From positions 352,001-416,000 of the forward strand of contig OZ241322.1 of the NCBI GenBank assembly GCA_965199715.1: DNA of 64,000 nt. Reading direction: 5' to 3'. Below are positions 16,568-27,000 of the stretch, in pieces. The position numbers and the translations under genes are program-made. Below the pieces are notes generated by a model, which saw nothing but the letters and a program-made list of their open reading frames with translations, did not search any database and was not told where the DNA came from. This stretch comes from Vicinamibacteria bacterium. Its GTDB lineage: Bacteria; Acidobacteriota; Vicinamibacteria; Marinacidobacterales; Marinacidobacteraceae. Position 1 is the first letter of the stretch. Each line of letters starts with the position of its first letter.

Positions 16568-19063
16568 TCAGCGCGGCGACCCGATCGGGGATCCCGGCGG
16601 CAGCGACGGACGGCGCGCGTGCGGGTCGAGGCTCTCGGTCCGGTTCAGGAACCGGTGGATGTCGCCGACCGCGAGCTGCTCGTGCGGCGTCCGGGCGATC
16701 GAGCCGAGCGTGGCGCCGAGCTCGCGCAGCCGATCCTCGAGGATCGCCCGCACCCGCGCCGGATTGTCCGGGTTCGTGGCTTCGCGCATCATCGCGTCGA
16801 TGACGCTGCGCTCCGCCGCGTCCTGAACCGCCCGGAGGTACGTGGAGTCGGGTTCGGCCCCGCCCCACGTCGCCTCCACCAGCCGGTCGAGCACCTCCGA
16901 GAGGCCGGGCTGCGCCGGGTCGCGGGCGTGGTTGTTCACGAGCCGCGCCATGCGTTCCGGATGGAGCAGCAGGAGCACCGTGTAGTCGGCGCTCGTGTCC
17001 GCGGCCGCGAGCGGGTCGAAGACGAGCCCGGTGTGGCCGTCGAAGGCTTCGCCCCCGCGCTCGCGGTAGGCGGGCGGCGGGATCAGGTCCACGATCCGCT
17101 CCGGCAGGGCGAGGAAGTCGGTCTCGAGCGTGCGGAGCACGACGTCGAGCGCCGCGCGCTGGCGGTCCCCCGGAATGGGCATGACCGGCAGTTGGCCGTC
17201 GCCCCGGACCGCGTAGTAGTACTCCTGCCCGCCGATCGTGTTCATCGCCGCCTTCATCTGGAAGCGATGGTGCAAGTAGAGCGGCACGAGGATCGGCTCC
17301 AGCGCGGACATGGGGTCGCCCACGCGGATCGCGTTCTCGGAGAAGGCGTCGAGGCCTGCCGCCCGGATGTCGATCTCGCGCTCGAGGTGGCGCACCAGAT
17401 CGCCGCCGTTGTCCCAGACCGACGCCAGCGGGTGCGCCCCGGCGCCGATGTAGTTGTCGGTGTGCGCCATGAAGCGGGTCTCCGACGAGAGGCCTTCGCG
17501 CATGATCGCTTCGAGCCGCGTCGCGGTCTCGTCGGGCGGGAAGTGCCCGTAGGCCCAGCGGACCGACAGGACGTCGTACGAGCCGACACCCACTCCGTAG
17601 GCGTCGTCGAGCGAGATCTCGCCGTCCTCGAGCACCGCGAGCGGCGCCGGGTAATCCATGACGCTGGCGCGGTTCCCGTAGGTGGAGGACATGTAGTTGT
17701 GCGGGAAGCCGAGGGTGTGGCCGACCTCGTGCGCCGAGAGTTGCCGCACTCGGGCGAGCGCCATATCCACCGGCGAGGCCCCCGCCGCCTGCGCCAGGTA
17801 CGCGAATCCCGGCGCCGCCGAGAGGCCGCACGAATCCGGGCTTCCCGGGTCGGGCGGCAGCCCCATCGCGTCCGCGCCGTGGGGCGACGTCAGGCCGACC
17901 CCGATGAGATGGTCCTGGCGCAGCCGCAGGCTGCCGAGGTTCACGTTCCCCTTGATGATCTCGCCGGTGCGGGGGTCCTGTACCGAGCCGCCGTAGGACC
18001 AGCCCCGGGTGCGCCGGTGGGTCCAGTGGATCATGTTGTAGCGGATGTCCTGCGGGTCGGCCCCCTCGGGGAGCACCTCGACTCGGTATGCGTCGATGAA
18101 CCCGGCGGCCTCGAAAGCGTCGCTCCACCAACGGGCCCCGTCCAGCAGGGCACCGCGGATCGGCTCCGGCACGCCGCGGTCGAGGTAGTACACGATGGGC
18201 TCGACGACCTCCGAGCGCTCCGCCGACGGATCCACCTTCTCGAGCCGGTGCCGCGCCGTCAGCCGGACCGTCAGGGGCTGGTCGATCGGCGTGGCGTAGT
18301 CCATGTACTCGGGGCCGTTAACGCCGATGCGCGGGTCGGCCACGCGCAGCTCGAAACCCGGTTCGGGCAGCCGGACGAGCGAGTGGTGGTGCCGCAGCGT
18401 GACCGCGTCCCCGCTGGCGGCGACCCCGCGGACGAGCGGACCGGGCTGGTCGCTCGTGAAGGTGAGCATCGTCTCGACTTCGCTGTTGTCGGGGAACCCC
18501 CGGGTGTTCTCCAGATAGAACACGCTGCGGGAGCGGTCCAACTGGAAGGTTCCCTGCCCGGCCCGCCGGATCCGCGCCGCCGAGCCGTGGGCGTCGCGGA
18601 GGAAGAAGTCGGTCGTGTCCACGAGCACGCGCCCGCCGGTCTCGGCGGCCACCTCGAATCCCCAGTGCACCGACGGCGCGAAGGCGTCGCGCACGGCGCG
18701 GACCTCGTCGGGGTTGTCGCTGATCGCCCGGAACCGGTAGTTCGGCTCCATGAGCAGCAGCCGCGGCCCGACCCGGATCGGCTTCAGCACGGCGCGCCGG
18801 CTGAGCTGGCCCCGGTCCAGTCCGACGGGGTTGCTCCCGAGACCGGACGCGGCGGAGACCGAGTAGAGGAACTCCTCCTCCATCGAGGCGAACTCGGCGT
18901 ACATGCGGCCGGTCCGCTCGTCCCAGTACAGCGGCACGAACCCGTCGATGGGGGTCATTCCGGCGACCTTGTCCTCGATCGTCGGCGGCGCTTCCTGCGC
19001 GAGCGCCGGCGCGGCCAGCGCCGCCGCGAGCACGGCGAGCAGGAGGAAACGGCGATGGGTCAT
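16568..19063 (-). CDS. Secreted zinc metalloprotease (metzincin; DUF5117/DUF4953 type)
   Basis: Signal peptide, HEVGHTLGFPHNY, Met-turn SVMDYP, DPRTGEIIKG. Confidence 0.9.
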   Translation of the reverse strand: MTHRRFLLLAVLAAALAAPALAQEAPPTIEDKVAGMTPIDGFVPLYWDERTGRMYAEFASMEEEFLYSVSAASGLGSNPVGLDRGQLSRRAVLKPIRVGPRLLLMEPNYRFRAISDNPDEVRAVRDAFAPSVHWGFEVAAETGGRVLVDTTDFFLRDAHGSAARIRRAGQGTFQLDRSRSVFYLENTRGFPDNSEVETMLTFTSDQPGPLVRGVAASGDAVTLRHHHSLVRLPEPGFELRVADPRIGVNGPEYMDYATPIDQPLTVRLTARHRLEKVDPSAERSEVVEPIVYYLDRGVPEPIRGALLDGARWWSDAFEAAGFIDAYRVEVLPEGADPQDIRYNMIHWTHRRTRGWSYGGSVQDPRTGEIIKGNVNLGSLRLRQDHLIGVGLTSPHGADAMGLPPDPGSPDSCGLSAAPGFAYLAQAAGASPVDMALARVRQLSAHEVGHTLGFPHNYMSSTYGNRASVMDYPAPLAVLEDGEISLDDAYGVGVGSYDVLSVRWAYGHFPPDETATRLEAIMREGLSSETRFMAHTDNYIGAGAHPLASVWDNGGDLVRHLEREIDIRAAGLDAFSENAIRVGDPMSALEPILVPLYLHHRFQMKAAMNTIGGQEYYYAVRGDGQLPVMPIPGDRQRAALDVVLRTLETDFLALPERIVDLIPPPAYRERGGEAFDGHTGLVFDPLAAADTSADYTVLLLLHPERMARLVNNHARDPAQPGLSEVLDRLVEATWGGAEPDSTYLRAVQDAAERSVIDAMMREATNPDNPARVRAILEDRLRELGATLGSIARTPHEQLAVGDIHRFLNRTESLDPHARRPSLPPGSPIGSPR

Positions 19064-19121
19064 GGCGGGCGCCTCCAAGAGGGAAGGAAGGGACGCGTAG
19101 TGTGACAGCCCGCCGGCGGGA

Positions 19122-20054
19122 TCAGCGCGAGCCGCGGAGGAAGCGCAGGAACTCGCTGTCGCTTCCGATCACGATCGTGACTTCCTCGTCGAGCGCGGTG
19201 CGGTACGTCTCCAGCGACTTCATGAAGCTGTAGAACTCGGGATCCCGGCTGTAGGCGCCGGCGTAGATCGCCGCCGCCTCGGCGTCGGCCCGCCCGCGGA
19301 TCTCCTCTGCCTGGCGGAACGCCTCCGACTCGACGGACTTGAGCTCCCGCTCGCGCTGGCCGCGCACCTCGGCGGCCCTTCCCTGCCCCTCGGACCGGCT
19401 GCGCTCGGCGATCCGCAGACGCTCGGAGATCATCCGGTCGTACACGCTGGCTCGGACCTCCTCGACGTAATTGACGCGCTTGATGCGCACGTCCACGAGC
19501 TCGATCCCGAACGAGGGCGTGACCTGCGAGGCCTTTTCGAGGATGCTGCGGGTGATCGCGTTCCGCCCGTGCTCGATCTCGCCGGCGGTCTCCTCGGTGG
19601 CGAACGAGATCAGATCCTCGGTGAGCTCGAACTCGCGGTTGCTGATCCGGACGATCTCGAGCAGGTCGAAGCTCGCCACGGCGTTGCGCGTCTCGCCGTC
19701 GATGATGTCGTCGAGACGGCTCTGGGCGCCGCGCTCGTCGCGCACCGACTGGAAGAAGAGCAGCGGGTCGGAGATGCGCCAGCGGGCGTACGTGTCCACC
19801 CAGATGAACTTCTTGTCGCGGGTGGTGATCTGGTTCGCGTCGCCGTCCCACGGGAGCCAGCGCTTGTCGAACCGGGTGACCCGATGCACGAACGGCAGCT
19901 TGAAGTGCAGGCCCGGGTCGGACACCGATTCGCCGACCGGATCGCCGAAGAGCGTGATGATGGCCTGCTCGGTCTCGCGCAGCGTGTAGGTGCTCGAAAC
20001 CGCGATCACGAGCGCGGCGAACGTCCCGCCCAGCTTGTACGCCGCGCCCTTCAT
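19122..20054 (-). CDS. hflC: FtsH modulator HflC
   Basis: SPFH domain, PGLHFKLPF, RMISER, AYSRDPEFYSFMKSLETY. Confidence 0.95.
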   Translation of the reverse strand: MKGAAYKLGGTFAALVIAVSSTYTLRETEQAIITLFGDPVGESVSDPGLHFKLPFVHRVTRFDKRWLPWDGDANQITTRDKKFIWVDTYARWRISDPLLFFQSVRDERGAQSRLDDIIDGETRNAVASFDLLEIVRISNREFELTEDLISFATEETAGEIEHGRNAITRSILEKASQVTPSFGIELVDVRIKRVNYVEEVRASVYDRMISERLRIAERSRSEGQGRAAEVRGQRERELKSVESEAFRQAEEIRGRADAEAAAIYAGAYSRDPEFYSFMKSLETYRTALDEEVTIVIGSDSEFLRFLRGSR

Positions 20055-21112
20055 CGCCGCTCCTCCGGTCCGCCCGGAGCCCGCGCCGGCGCGTTGCCCG
20101 AGAGGTTCAGCAGGGGAAGCAGGTTCCCCGCGTCCTCGTCGAGGATCACCTTCTGGCCCATGCGCGGGAGCACTTCGGAGAGCGTCTCGAGATACATCCG
20201 CGCCCGGGTGACCCGGGGCGCGTTGCGGTACTCCTCATGGACCGCTGCGAACCGCGCCGCCTCGCCGCGCGCCCGGTTCACCCGCTCGGTGGCGTAGCCC
20301 TCGGCCTCCTCGAGCACCCGCTGGGCGTCGCCCCGGGCGCGGGGGATCGCCTGGTTGTACTCGGCGAGGGCCTCGTTGGTGAGGCGCTCCTTCTCCTGGA
20401 TCGCCTCGTTCACCTGGTTGAACGAGGGCTTCACCGTGTCGGGCGGGTTCACGTCCTGGAGCACGAGCTGCTGGACGCTGATGCCGGTGTCGTAGCGGTC
20501 GTTGATCTCCTGGAGCAGATCCTTGGCCTGCGCCGCGATGCGCTCGCGCCCGACGGTGAGCACCTCGTCCACGCTGTGGTCTCCGACGACGTCGCGCATG
20601 GCCGCTTCGCTCATGTCGCGGAACGTGCTCCGGATTTCGCGCACGTTGAAGAGGTACGCCCGCGGATCCTGCACCTTGAACTGGACGATCCACTCCACCA
20701 CGGCGACGTTCAGGTCGCCGGTGAGCATGAGCGACTCCTCGAGGAACTGGCGCTCGTCGTAGGTCGTGCGCACGCCGGCCTCGAGGGTCCGGAACCCGAA
20801 CTCCTCCTTGAGCTGGCGCTCCACCGGCACCTTGGTGACGTCCTCGACGAACGGCACGATGAAGTGCAGGCCGGGGGCGGTCACCCGCGCGTACCGGCCG
20901 AACCGAGTCACGACGCCCGCCTCGTCCGGATCCACCTGATAGACCGACAGGGCGAACGCGACGACGGCGAGGAGGCCGGCGACGATCATCCCCAACTGAC
21001 GCCGGGGAAGCCCCTGGAACCGGTTCAGGATCTCGTCCACCGGAAGGCGCTCGCGGGCGTTCGTGAATTCGGAGAAACCGCCGAAGCCGCCCCCGTTGTC
21101 CTGTTGGCGCAT
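20051..21112 (-). CDS. hflK: FtsH modulator HflK
   Basis: MLTGDLN, LQDVNPP, IPRARG, APRVTRARMYLET. Confidence 0.95.
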   Translation of the reverse strand: MRQQDNGGGFGGFSEFTNARERLPVDEILNRFQGLPRRQLGMIVAGLLAVVAFALSVYQVDPDEAGVVTRFGRYARVTAPGLHFIVPFVEDVTKVPVERQLKEEFGFRTLEAGVRTTYDERQFLEESLMLTGDLNVAVVEWIVQFKVQDPRAYLFNVREIRSTFRDMSEAAMRDVVGDHSVDEVLTVGRERIAAQAKDLLQEINDRYDTGISVQQLVLQDVNPPDTVKPSFNQVNEAIQEKERLTNEALAEYNQAIPRARGDAQRVLEEAEGYATERVNRARGEAARFAAVHEEYRNAPRVTRARMYLETLSEVLPRMGQKVILDEDAGNLLPLLNLSGNAPARAPGGPEERR

Positions 21113-21154
21113 GCCTGGACTCTCCCCGCGAAATCGCTGGGCTATGTTATCTCG

Positions 21155-21598
21155 GTGCCGCCCGCCCGCCTCGCTCCCTTACTGCTCCTCGCCCTTGGAT
21201 GCGGCGGCGCGCCCGACGCGGAGCGAGAGGCGATCGAGTCCGAGATCCGGGCGGTGCTGGACCGGCAGGCCGAGGCCTGGAACGCCTTCGACCTCGAGAG
21301 CTTCGTCGCCGACTACCTGGATTCGCCGCGGACCCGCTTCGTGAGCGGAGGAACCGTCCTGCGCGGCACCGGCGACCTCCTCGAACGCTACCGGACGAAC
21401 TACCCGGATCCGGCGGCGATGGGGCGGCTCGAGTTCCGGGACCTCGAAATCCAGCCGGTGTCGAGCGACGCCGCGCTGGTCTTCGGGCGCTACCGCCTCG
21501 AACGCGAGACCGACGCACCGACCGGCCTCTTCACGCTGCTGCTGGAGCGCGGCGCCGACGGCTGGAAGATCAGCCACGACCACACGAGCGCCGAGTAG
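21155..21598 (+). CDS. NTF2-like (DUF4440/YybH) lipoprotein
   Basis: Lipobox LALGC; QAEAWN.FDLESF, RYRTNYP, MGRLEF, GLFTLL, WKISHDHTS; GTG start 6 nt after TATGTT. Confidence 0.85.
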   Translation: MPPARLAPLLLLALGCGGAPDAEREAIESEIRAVLDRQAEAWNAFDLESFVADYLDSPRTRFVSGGTVLRGTGDLLERYRTNYPDPAAMGRLEFRDLEIQPVSSDAALVFGRYRLERETDAPTGLFTLLLERGADGWKISHDHTSAE

Positions 21599-21604
21599 CG
21601 GCGC

Positions 21605-24600
21605 TCAGCGGCGGGGGGATTCCGGCTCGGCGCGGCCGAGCGCCCGGAAGTACTCCTCCACCATCTCCTCGTAACCCTCGGGCGCCCGCTCGGCGCCGGT
21701 CGCGACCACGTCGGTCTGGCCGCCGCGCAGCGCCCGCCGCAGGTCGAACTCGAACTCCCGCAGCGCGTCCAGCACGTCCGACTCGAGGGCCGCGACCGCC
21801 CTGGGATCGCCGATGAGGTCGTCCGGCGAGAGGCCGCGCATGGAGTCGATCGCGCCGTCCAGCCGCTCCGGCCCGAGCGGACCGCCCGCGCCGCCCACGT
21901 TCCCGAGCGCCCCCCGCAGCCCATCGGCCTCGGCGATGCGCCGGTCCATCTCCCGGTCGAGCTGGCGAGCCTCGTCGGATCCGCCGCCCGCTCCCTCGCC
22001 CCGCTCCGCCAGCCGGTTCCGCAACGACTCGAGGCCGCGCACCAGCGATCCGGCCCGGTCGAGCACGTCCTCCCTCGCGGCGCGCTCGGACCCCCGGACC
22101 GTCTCCCCGGCGCGCTCCAGATCCTGCTCCAGCGCCTCGAGGTCGGACGCGATCATCGCCTCGAACTGGTCGGCGTAGTCGGGGCTCCGCTCGGCGATGA
22201 CGCCGCGCGAGTAGTGGATCTTCTCCTTCAGCTTGCGGTCGCGGATGCCCCGGGCCGCGGCGCCCACGGCGCGCGAGGCCTCCGGTTCGTCCCGGCTCCA
22301 CTCGCGGCTCACCTCGTCGAGATCGCCCTCGACTCCCTGCACCCGTTCGGCCAGATCCGCCTTCTGCTCCTGCAGCGCGCGGACCGCGTCCCGATCCGGC
22401 CGATCCCCGAGCCCAGCGACCTCATCGCGAATCCGGTTCTGGGTGGAGCGAAGCCGGCCGACTTCGTTCGCGAGCCGTTCCACGTCCCGGTCGAGCCGCT
22501 CGCGGCGCTGGCTGTCCAGCTCCCGCCGGGCCCCGCGCAGCCCCTCCGCCGCCGAAAGCCCCGAAGCGACCCCGTCGGCTCCGCCGTTCGCCCCGCGCAT
22601 CTGCTGGGCGGCCTCGCGGAGGCGCCGCGAGACGGCGGCGAGGTCGGGCCGGGAGCGCTCCCGCGCGAGGCGCTCCAGCCTCCGCGCGATCTCGTCGGTC
22701 TCCTCGGCGATCTGACGCTGGCCGCCGCCGTCGCCGGGCCCCTGCGGCAGCCCACGCCGCGCGTTCTCCTGCTCCTGCCGCCGCGCCAGCTCGGCGAGGC
22801 GCTCCATGACCTCGTCCACCTCGTCGGCGGCGGAGCCCTGCTGGCGCTGCTCCACGGTCTCGTACTGGTTGCGCAGCTTGTCCATCTCCAGCTCGAACAG
22901 CCGGGCCAGATCCTCGGACTGCGGCGTCGGGGCCCCTCCCCCGCCTCCGCCGCCGCCCCCGAAGCTGACCTCGCGCTCTGAGAAGGTCGCGTCGGCGCGC
23001 TGCAGGTGGGCCAGCGCCTTCTGCTCCGAGGGAAGCGCGCCGTCGGGGTCGCCCGCGACGAGAAGCTCCTCGGCGGCGGCCATCTCGACGAGCGCCGCCT
23101 CGAGCTCCTCGACGATGCCCCCGAACTCGGGAACCTGCGCGATCCCGCGGTTGCGGAGCCGCCGGGCGAGCGTGCTCACTTGCTCCCGGAGCCGTCCCTG
23201 GGCGAGCCCGACCGTCGCCACGGTCTCCGAAAAGACCGTCCCCGGCAGGTCGGGCCGCTCCTGGATCACCTTGAAGGTCGCGACCACGACCTGCTTCTGG
23301 CGCAGTGTGAGCGTCCCGTCGAGCGCGTCGCCGGCTCCGCCCGCTCCGCCGCCCCCCGGAGCCGAGTCGGCCTGCCGCCAAGTCCGGTCGAGCCGACGGA
23401 TGGCGACGAAGTAGAGGTCGGTCGAAGCGGTCGTCCCGGCGCCGTCCTCGGCGACCGCGTAGTAGGAAAGGAGATCCCCGGGGACGAGCTCGTGCTCCTC
23501 GAGGAAGAGCGTGTGCCCGGTCTGGATCTCGGACCGGAGGCCGGAGCCGAGCAGCACTTCGGTCCGCTCCTCGCCGCCGTTCACCGCCCAGCGCAGCTCG
23601 AGGCGCCGCAGCGCGTAGTCGTCCTCGGCGAAGACCTCGGTGAAGACCTCCTCCACCGCGCTCGCCTCCACGTCCCTCCCCGGCTGGACGAAGCGGGCGA
23701 TCGGGGGCAGGTCCTCCAGCAACTCGATCGCGTAGTCGCGGGACGCGGTCCGCACCCGTCCCCGCGGATCCGCGAGCGCGATCCGGTAGGAGCCGGATCG
23801 CTCCGGCGCGAGCACCGCCGTGAGGCCACCGTCGGGACCCGGCTCGAGCGGGATCTCGACGATCTCGCGCGCCCGCTCCGGACCGGTCTCCATGCGGATC
23901 GCGCCGGCCTCGACCGCGACCGACGTATGCGCCAGCACCTCGATCCGGGTGCCGGTCACGGCGGCGACGTCCCCGCCGTCCTCGACGACCCGGGGCTCGA
24001 GTCCGGTGTGCGCCGGATAGCGGTAGGTCAGGTCGAGCCGGGCGACCTGGGGCACGTCCTCCACGTCGATCCGGTAGCGGGAGGAGCGGACGCCCTCGGC
24101 CTCGACGAAGTAGTGGGTCGTCTCCGGAATTCCGAGGAGGAGATGGCGGAAGGAGCCGGTCTCGGGGTCGAACCCCATCGCCTCGCTCCGGCGGCCGCCG
24201 CCGTCCGAGTCGGTGACGATCTCGACCCGGTCCGCCGTGAAACCCTCGAGGTGCGCGTCGATCCAGCGGTCGCTCCCGGTGGCGACCACCAGGTCGCCCG
24301 GATCGACGTGGATCCGGTACGGGTTCGCGGCGGAGACGTCCCGCCACGGCGTCAGCAGCAGCGACACGCCACCCTGGAGCACCGGGGGCGCGATCACGGC
24401 GACGCCGGCGATCGCGACCAGCACCGTGGCGAAGGCCGCGCCGGTGCGGCGCAGGCCGCCGGTCTCGACCGACTTCCCGACGTTCCCCTCCTCGCAGCGG
24501 CGGATGGCCTCCTCCACGACCAGCCGCGCCAGTTCCGGCGACACGCCGGCCAGCCCGCGCTCGCCTGCCTCCATCTCGGAGCCGAGCTCCACGCCGCTCA

Positions 24601-24946
24601 CGACGGTCTCGCGCAGCGAGGCGTCGTGCTCCTCGACGTAGAGCGCCACCTGCCGATCGCTCACCCGGGAGCGGAGCGGATTCCACAGGAAGCGGACCAG
24701 CGCGCCGAGCACGAGGAGCCACGCCGACGCCTGGAAGACCCGCACCACCCACTCCTGGTAGCGCAGGGCGTCCATCGCCCACGCCGAAGCCACGACGACC
24801 ACGAGCGAGGCGGCGACGCCGAGCGCGAGACCGCTGAGGATGCGCCGCAGCCGCCAGCGGGCGCGCACCCGGCGGATGACCTCCAGCAGCTCCCGGGTGG
24901 AGGAGCCGCGGTCCGGCCCGAGGAGTCGGTGCTCGAATGCGCTCAT
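21605..24946 (-). CDS. Large membrane-anchored coiled-coil protein (DUF4175-like), about 1113 aa
   Basis: ATG 24946 overlaps the upstream stop; three N-terminal TMs, Ig-like region (YRYPAHTG, AEDDYAL), long coiled coil, terminal PEGYEEMVEEYFRAL. Confidence 0.8.
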   Translation of the reverse strand: MSAFEHRLLGPDRGSSTRELLEVIRRVRARWRLRRILSGLALGVAASLVVVVASAWAMDALRYQEWVVRVFQASAWLLVLGALVRFLWNPLRSRVSDRQVALYVEEHDASLRETVVSGVELGSEMEAGERGLAGVSPELARLVVEEAIRRCEEGNVGKSVETGGLRRTGAAFATVLVAIAGVAVIAPPVLQGGVSLLLTPWRDVSAANPYRIHVDPGDLVVATGSDRWIDAHLEGFTADRVEIVTDSDGGGRRSEAMGFDPETGSFRHLLLGIPETTHYFVEAEGVRSSRYRIDVEDVPQVARLDLTYRYPAHTGLEPRVVEDGGDVAAVTGTRIEVLAHTSVAVEAGAIRMETGPERAREIVEIPLEPGPDGGLTAVLAPERSGSYRIALADPRGRVRTASRDYAIELLEDLPPIARFVQPGRDVEASAVEEVFTEVFAEDDYALRRLELRWAVNGGEERTEVLLGSGLRSEIQTGHTLFLEEHELVPGDLLSYYAVAEDGAGTTASTDLYFVAIRRLDRTWRQADSAPGGGGAGGAGDALDGTLTLRQKQVVVATFKVIQERPDLPGTVFSETVATVGLAQGRLREQVSTLARRLRNRGIAQVPEFGGIVEELEAALVEMAAAEELLVAGDPDGALPSEQKALAHLQRADATFSEREVSFGGGGGGGGGAPTPQSEDLARLFELEMDKLRNQYETVEQRQQGSAADEVDEVMERLAELARRQEQENARRGLPQGPGDGGGQRQIAEETDEIARRLERLARERSRPDLAAVSRRLREAAQQMRGANGGADGVASGLSAAEGLRGARRELDSQRRERLDRDVERLANEVGRLRSTQNRIRDEVAGLGDRPDRDAVRALQEQKADLAERVQGVEGDLDEVSREWSRDEPEASRAVGAAARGIRDRKLKEKIHYSRGVIAERSPDYADQFEAMIASDLEALEQDLERAGETVRGSERAAREDVLDRAGSLVRGLESLRNRLAERGEGAGGGSDEARQLDREMDRRIAEADGLRGALGNVGGAGGPLGPERLDGAIDSMRGLSPDDLIGDPRAVAALESDVLDALREFEFDLRRALRGGQTDVVATGAERAPEGYEEMVEEYFRALGRAEPESPRR

Positions 24947-26997
24947 GACGCCTTGCCGGTGAGTATAGGAACCGCGGGCGAGCCGCGGCGGAATCCGCCG
25001 GTCGCGACGATTCCCTCGGAGAGGAGCAGGAGCGCGAGCGCGAGAAGCAGCGGCCATCCGAGGCGCAGCCCGGCGGCGACGGCCGGGGCCGGCTCGCCGT
25101 CCTCGGGCTCGGTTGGCGGCGGCGCGGCCACCGCGACCCGCACCTCCTCGGCGTCCAGCAGCGCCGGGTCCAGCTCGGCGAGCGGCGGATTCGCGGCGAT
25201 CGCGCGGAACTCCTCCGCCTCGGGCGGGCGGGCGCCCCAACGGCCGGCGGCGTCGAGCCGCAACGCCGCTCCCTCGGCCAGCACCGACGCGCTTCCGTCC
25301 GGACCGCGCACCAGCAGCTCCGCGCCCTCCGCCCGGAACGCGGACGCGGGATCCACGACCTGGCCCACCCGCCACGCGATCGGGACCTCCTCGAAGCGGG
25401 CGGCCCACGCGAGCAGCTCGTGGACCAGCGGCACGAAGGCCGGACGCTGCGGGAGGTCGTTCCACGAGGCGTCGAAGGAGCTCAGGAAGGTCGCGACCCG
25501 TCCGGCGCCCCGCTCGTGCGCGACGAGCGCGGGCCGGCCGTCGTCGAAGCGCGCCAGCGCCGCCCCGTCGGGAATCGCTCCCGAGACGGAGCGGTAGCGG
25601 AAGAACGCCGCGCCGCTCAGCGCCGCGGTGACCCCGCCCCCGCCGGAAAAGGGCGCGAAGATCGGATGGCGGTTCCGCAGGTTTCCGATCCGCCCCGGCG
25701 GAAACCGCTCCACCGCGTCGCCGACGGCGAACGGGATCACCGCCTCGAGGCCGGTTCGGACGCGGGTCGGCCCCATTCCGAGGACGAGTCCCCCGCCCGC
25801 ATCGACGAACGCGCCGAGCGCCTCGACGGCGGCGGGGTCGAGGCGGCCCGGATCGGCCGCGACCACGACCCGGACGCCCTCGAGCGGGGGCGCTCCCCGG
25901 ACCGGACCGTCCTCCACGAGGAACGCGGGCGACGCGCCGACCCGCAGCGCCTCGCGCAGATACAGCGGCGAGCTTCCGCCGCCGAGGTGCAGGACCCGCA
26001 CCGCGTCGCCGGGATCGACGACGAACCGGAACGCGTCGTCGTCGGGGAGCCAGTCGGGCCGCGGCCCGGAAATCCGCACCTCCGCCGCGATCGGCTCCGC
26101 CGAGCGGACGAAGGGAGCGAAGCGCACGGCGGCCGCCTCGAGCGAACGCGCTCCCTCGAGCACGACGGTCCGGCGCTCCACGGCGCGCCCGGCGAGCCAC
26201 AGCGACGCCTCCGCCTCGACCCGCTCCCCCGAGGGACCGGGAACGAATCCGATCCGGGCGGCGGCCGCAAGGCCGTCGCGTCCCGCCGGAGCGAGCGTCA
26301 CCGACGAGACCGACGCGCCCCACGAGGCCGGCGGCGAGCCGACCCCGACCACGGTCACGGCGGCGCCCTCCGGGAGCGCCCGATCCGGACTCCCGTCCTC
26401 GAAGCCGCTGCGCTGGAGGTCCGAGATCAGGACGACCTCGCGCCGGCGGCCCGGCGCCGCGGGAACGAGCCGCGCCCCGAGTCCCAGCGCCGTCGCGATG
26501 CGGGTTCCGGCCTCTCCCGGCTGGATTCCCTCGACCGCGCGGCGCAGCTCGTCGCGATCCTCGGTGAGCCCGGTGAGCGCCTCGGGGCGGTCGTCGAAGG
26601 CGAGCACGACCGCGCGGTCCGCCGGGCCGAGCCCGGACAGGACCTCCGCCGCGGCTTCGCGGGCCGCTTCGCCCCGGTCGCCGATCCTCATGCTGAGCGA
26701 ACGGTCCACCACGAGCGCCACGTCCCGGGGCGGATCGGCCCAGTCCGCCGCCGCGCCGGAGTCGAGCAGCGGGCGGGCGAACGCCAGCGCGAGCAGGAGC
26801 AGCGCCGCGATGCGCAGGAGCAGCAGCGGCAGGTTTCGGATCCGCCGGCGCCGGTGACGAACGGCGGGGCCGAGCCGCTTCAGGAAGAGCAGCGACGGGA
26901 ACGCGACCGGCTTGCGCCGCCTCCGGGTGAGGTGCAGCACGATCGGCAACGCGACCAGAAGGCCGCCGAGCAGGAAGAGCGGCGCGACGAATCCCAT
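24943..26997 (-). CDS. BatA N-terminal + vWA + GATase-like membrane protein
   Basis: LPIVLHL...FPSLLFL, MIDAS VDRSLSM, LISDLQ, WNDLP..PAFVP. Confidence 0.85.
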   Translation of the reverse strand: MGFVAPLFLLGGLLVALPIVLHLTRRRRKPVAFPSLLFLKRLGPAVRHRRRRIRNLPLLLLRIAALLLLALAFARPLLDSGAAADWADPPRDVALVVDRSLSMRIGDRGEAAREAAAEVLSGLGPADRAVVLAFDDRPEALTGLTEDRDELRRAVEGIQPGEAGTRIATALGLGARLVPAAPGRRREVVLISDLQRSGFEDGSPDRALPEGAAVTVVGVGSPPASWGASVSSVTLAPAGRDGLAAAARIGFVPGPSGERVEAEASLWLAGRAVERRTVVLEGARSLEAAAVRFAPFVRSAEPIAAEVRISGPRPDWLPDDDAFRFVVDPGDAVRVLHLGGGSSPLYLREALRVGASPAFLVEDGPVRGAPPLEGVRVVVAADPGRLDPAAVEALGAFVDAGGGLVLGMGPTRVRTGLEAVIPFAVGDAVERFPPGRIGNLRNRHPIFAPFSGGGGVTAALSGAAFFRYRSVSGAIPDGAALARFDDGRPALVAHERGAGRVATFLSSFDASWNDLPQRPAFVPLVHELLAWAARFEEVPIAWRVGQVVDPASAFRAEGAELLVRGPDGSASVLAEGAALRLDAAGRWGARPPEAEEFRAIAANPPLAELDPALLDAEEVRVAVAAPPPTEPEDGEPAPAVAAGLRLGWPLLLALALLLLSEGIVATGGFRRGSPAVPILTGKAS

Positions 26998-27000
26998 GCC